Shown: positions 63,941 to 64,000 of the stretch, in pieces
Position numbering within the stretch: the stretch's first letter is position 1
How the letters are laid out: every line of letters starts with the position of its first letter
Assembly (NCBI RefSeq): GCF_021028975.2
Contig: NC_059429.1
Coordinates: 98,332,001 to 98,396,000, forward strand
From: Sphaerodactylus townsendi
Lineage: Eukaryota
DNA length: 64,000 nt
Reading direction: 5' to 3'
Position numbers and translations under genes: made by a program
Notes under the pieces: generated by a model
Database searches by the model: none
Told to the model about the DNA's origin: nothing
Seen by the model: only the letters and a program-made list of their open reading frames with translations

Positions 63941-63946
63941 AATAAA
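63941..63946 (+). terminator. Candidate CEPT1 poly(A) signal
   Basis: AATAAA about 300 nt after the stop. The true 3' end may lie beyond the window. Confidence 0.35.
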
Positions 63947-64000
63947 GTCTTGGGGCAAATGGATTCCCAACAACAGAGATTTCTAATACAGTGTAATTAC

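Noticed and set aside
1-64000. CRISPR arrays, operons or prokaryotic defence systems
   Set aside because: The sequence is intron-rich vertebrate DNA. The tandem repeats seen have no unique-spacer structure.

Overview
Eukaryotic genomic DNA from a vertebrate. The repeat landscape (CR1, L2, RTE, tRNA-derived SINEs, Penelope-like pieces, Harbinger/hAT/Tc2 MITEs, a Helitron) points to a squamate reptile, probably a gecko (inference). Three complete spliced genes could be assembled by hand, with every splice junction in phase. LRIF1 (+): join 423..511, 6657..8154, 9055..9309, 10346..10795; 763 aa. DRAM2 (-): join 29004..28874, 23895..23828, 23439..23300, 21406..21235, 20008..19926, 18939..18847, 17884..17780; 263 aa. 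CEPT1 (+): join 36509..36847, 43557..43704, 46736..46877, 56467..56551, 59741..59872, 61131..61289, 61641..61766, 63524..63643; 416 aa. DRAM2 and CEPT1 lie head-to-head around a shared CpG island, and LRIF1 and DRAM2 are convergent. Most interesting observations: (1) a U12-type minor-spliceosome intron in DRAM2, flanked by frameshifting cryptic U2 sites and carrying a young, hairpin-rich Harbinger MITE; (2) decayed minimal hammerhead-ribozyme motifs in Penelope-like fragments; (3) an exon-2-skip/uORF/re-initiation layout that would give a short LRIF1 isoform; (4) a near-perfect palindromic hAT MITE carrying ZNF143/THAP11-like motifs; (5) a Helitron in CEPT1. I found no convincing evidence of a wholly new biological system. 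Most ORFs in the supplied track are spurious or are exon read-throughs.
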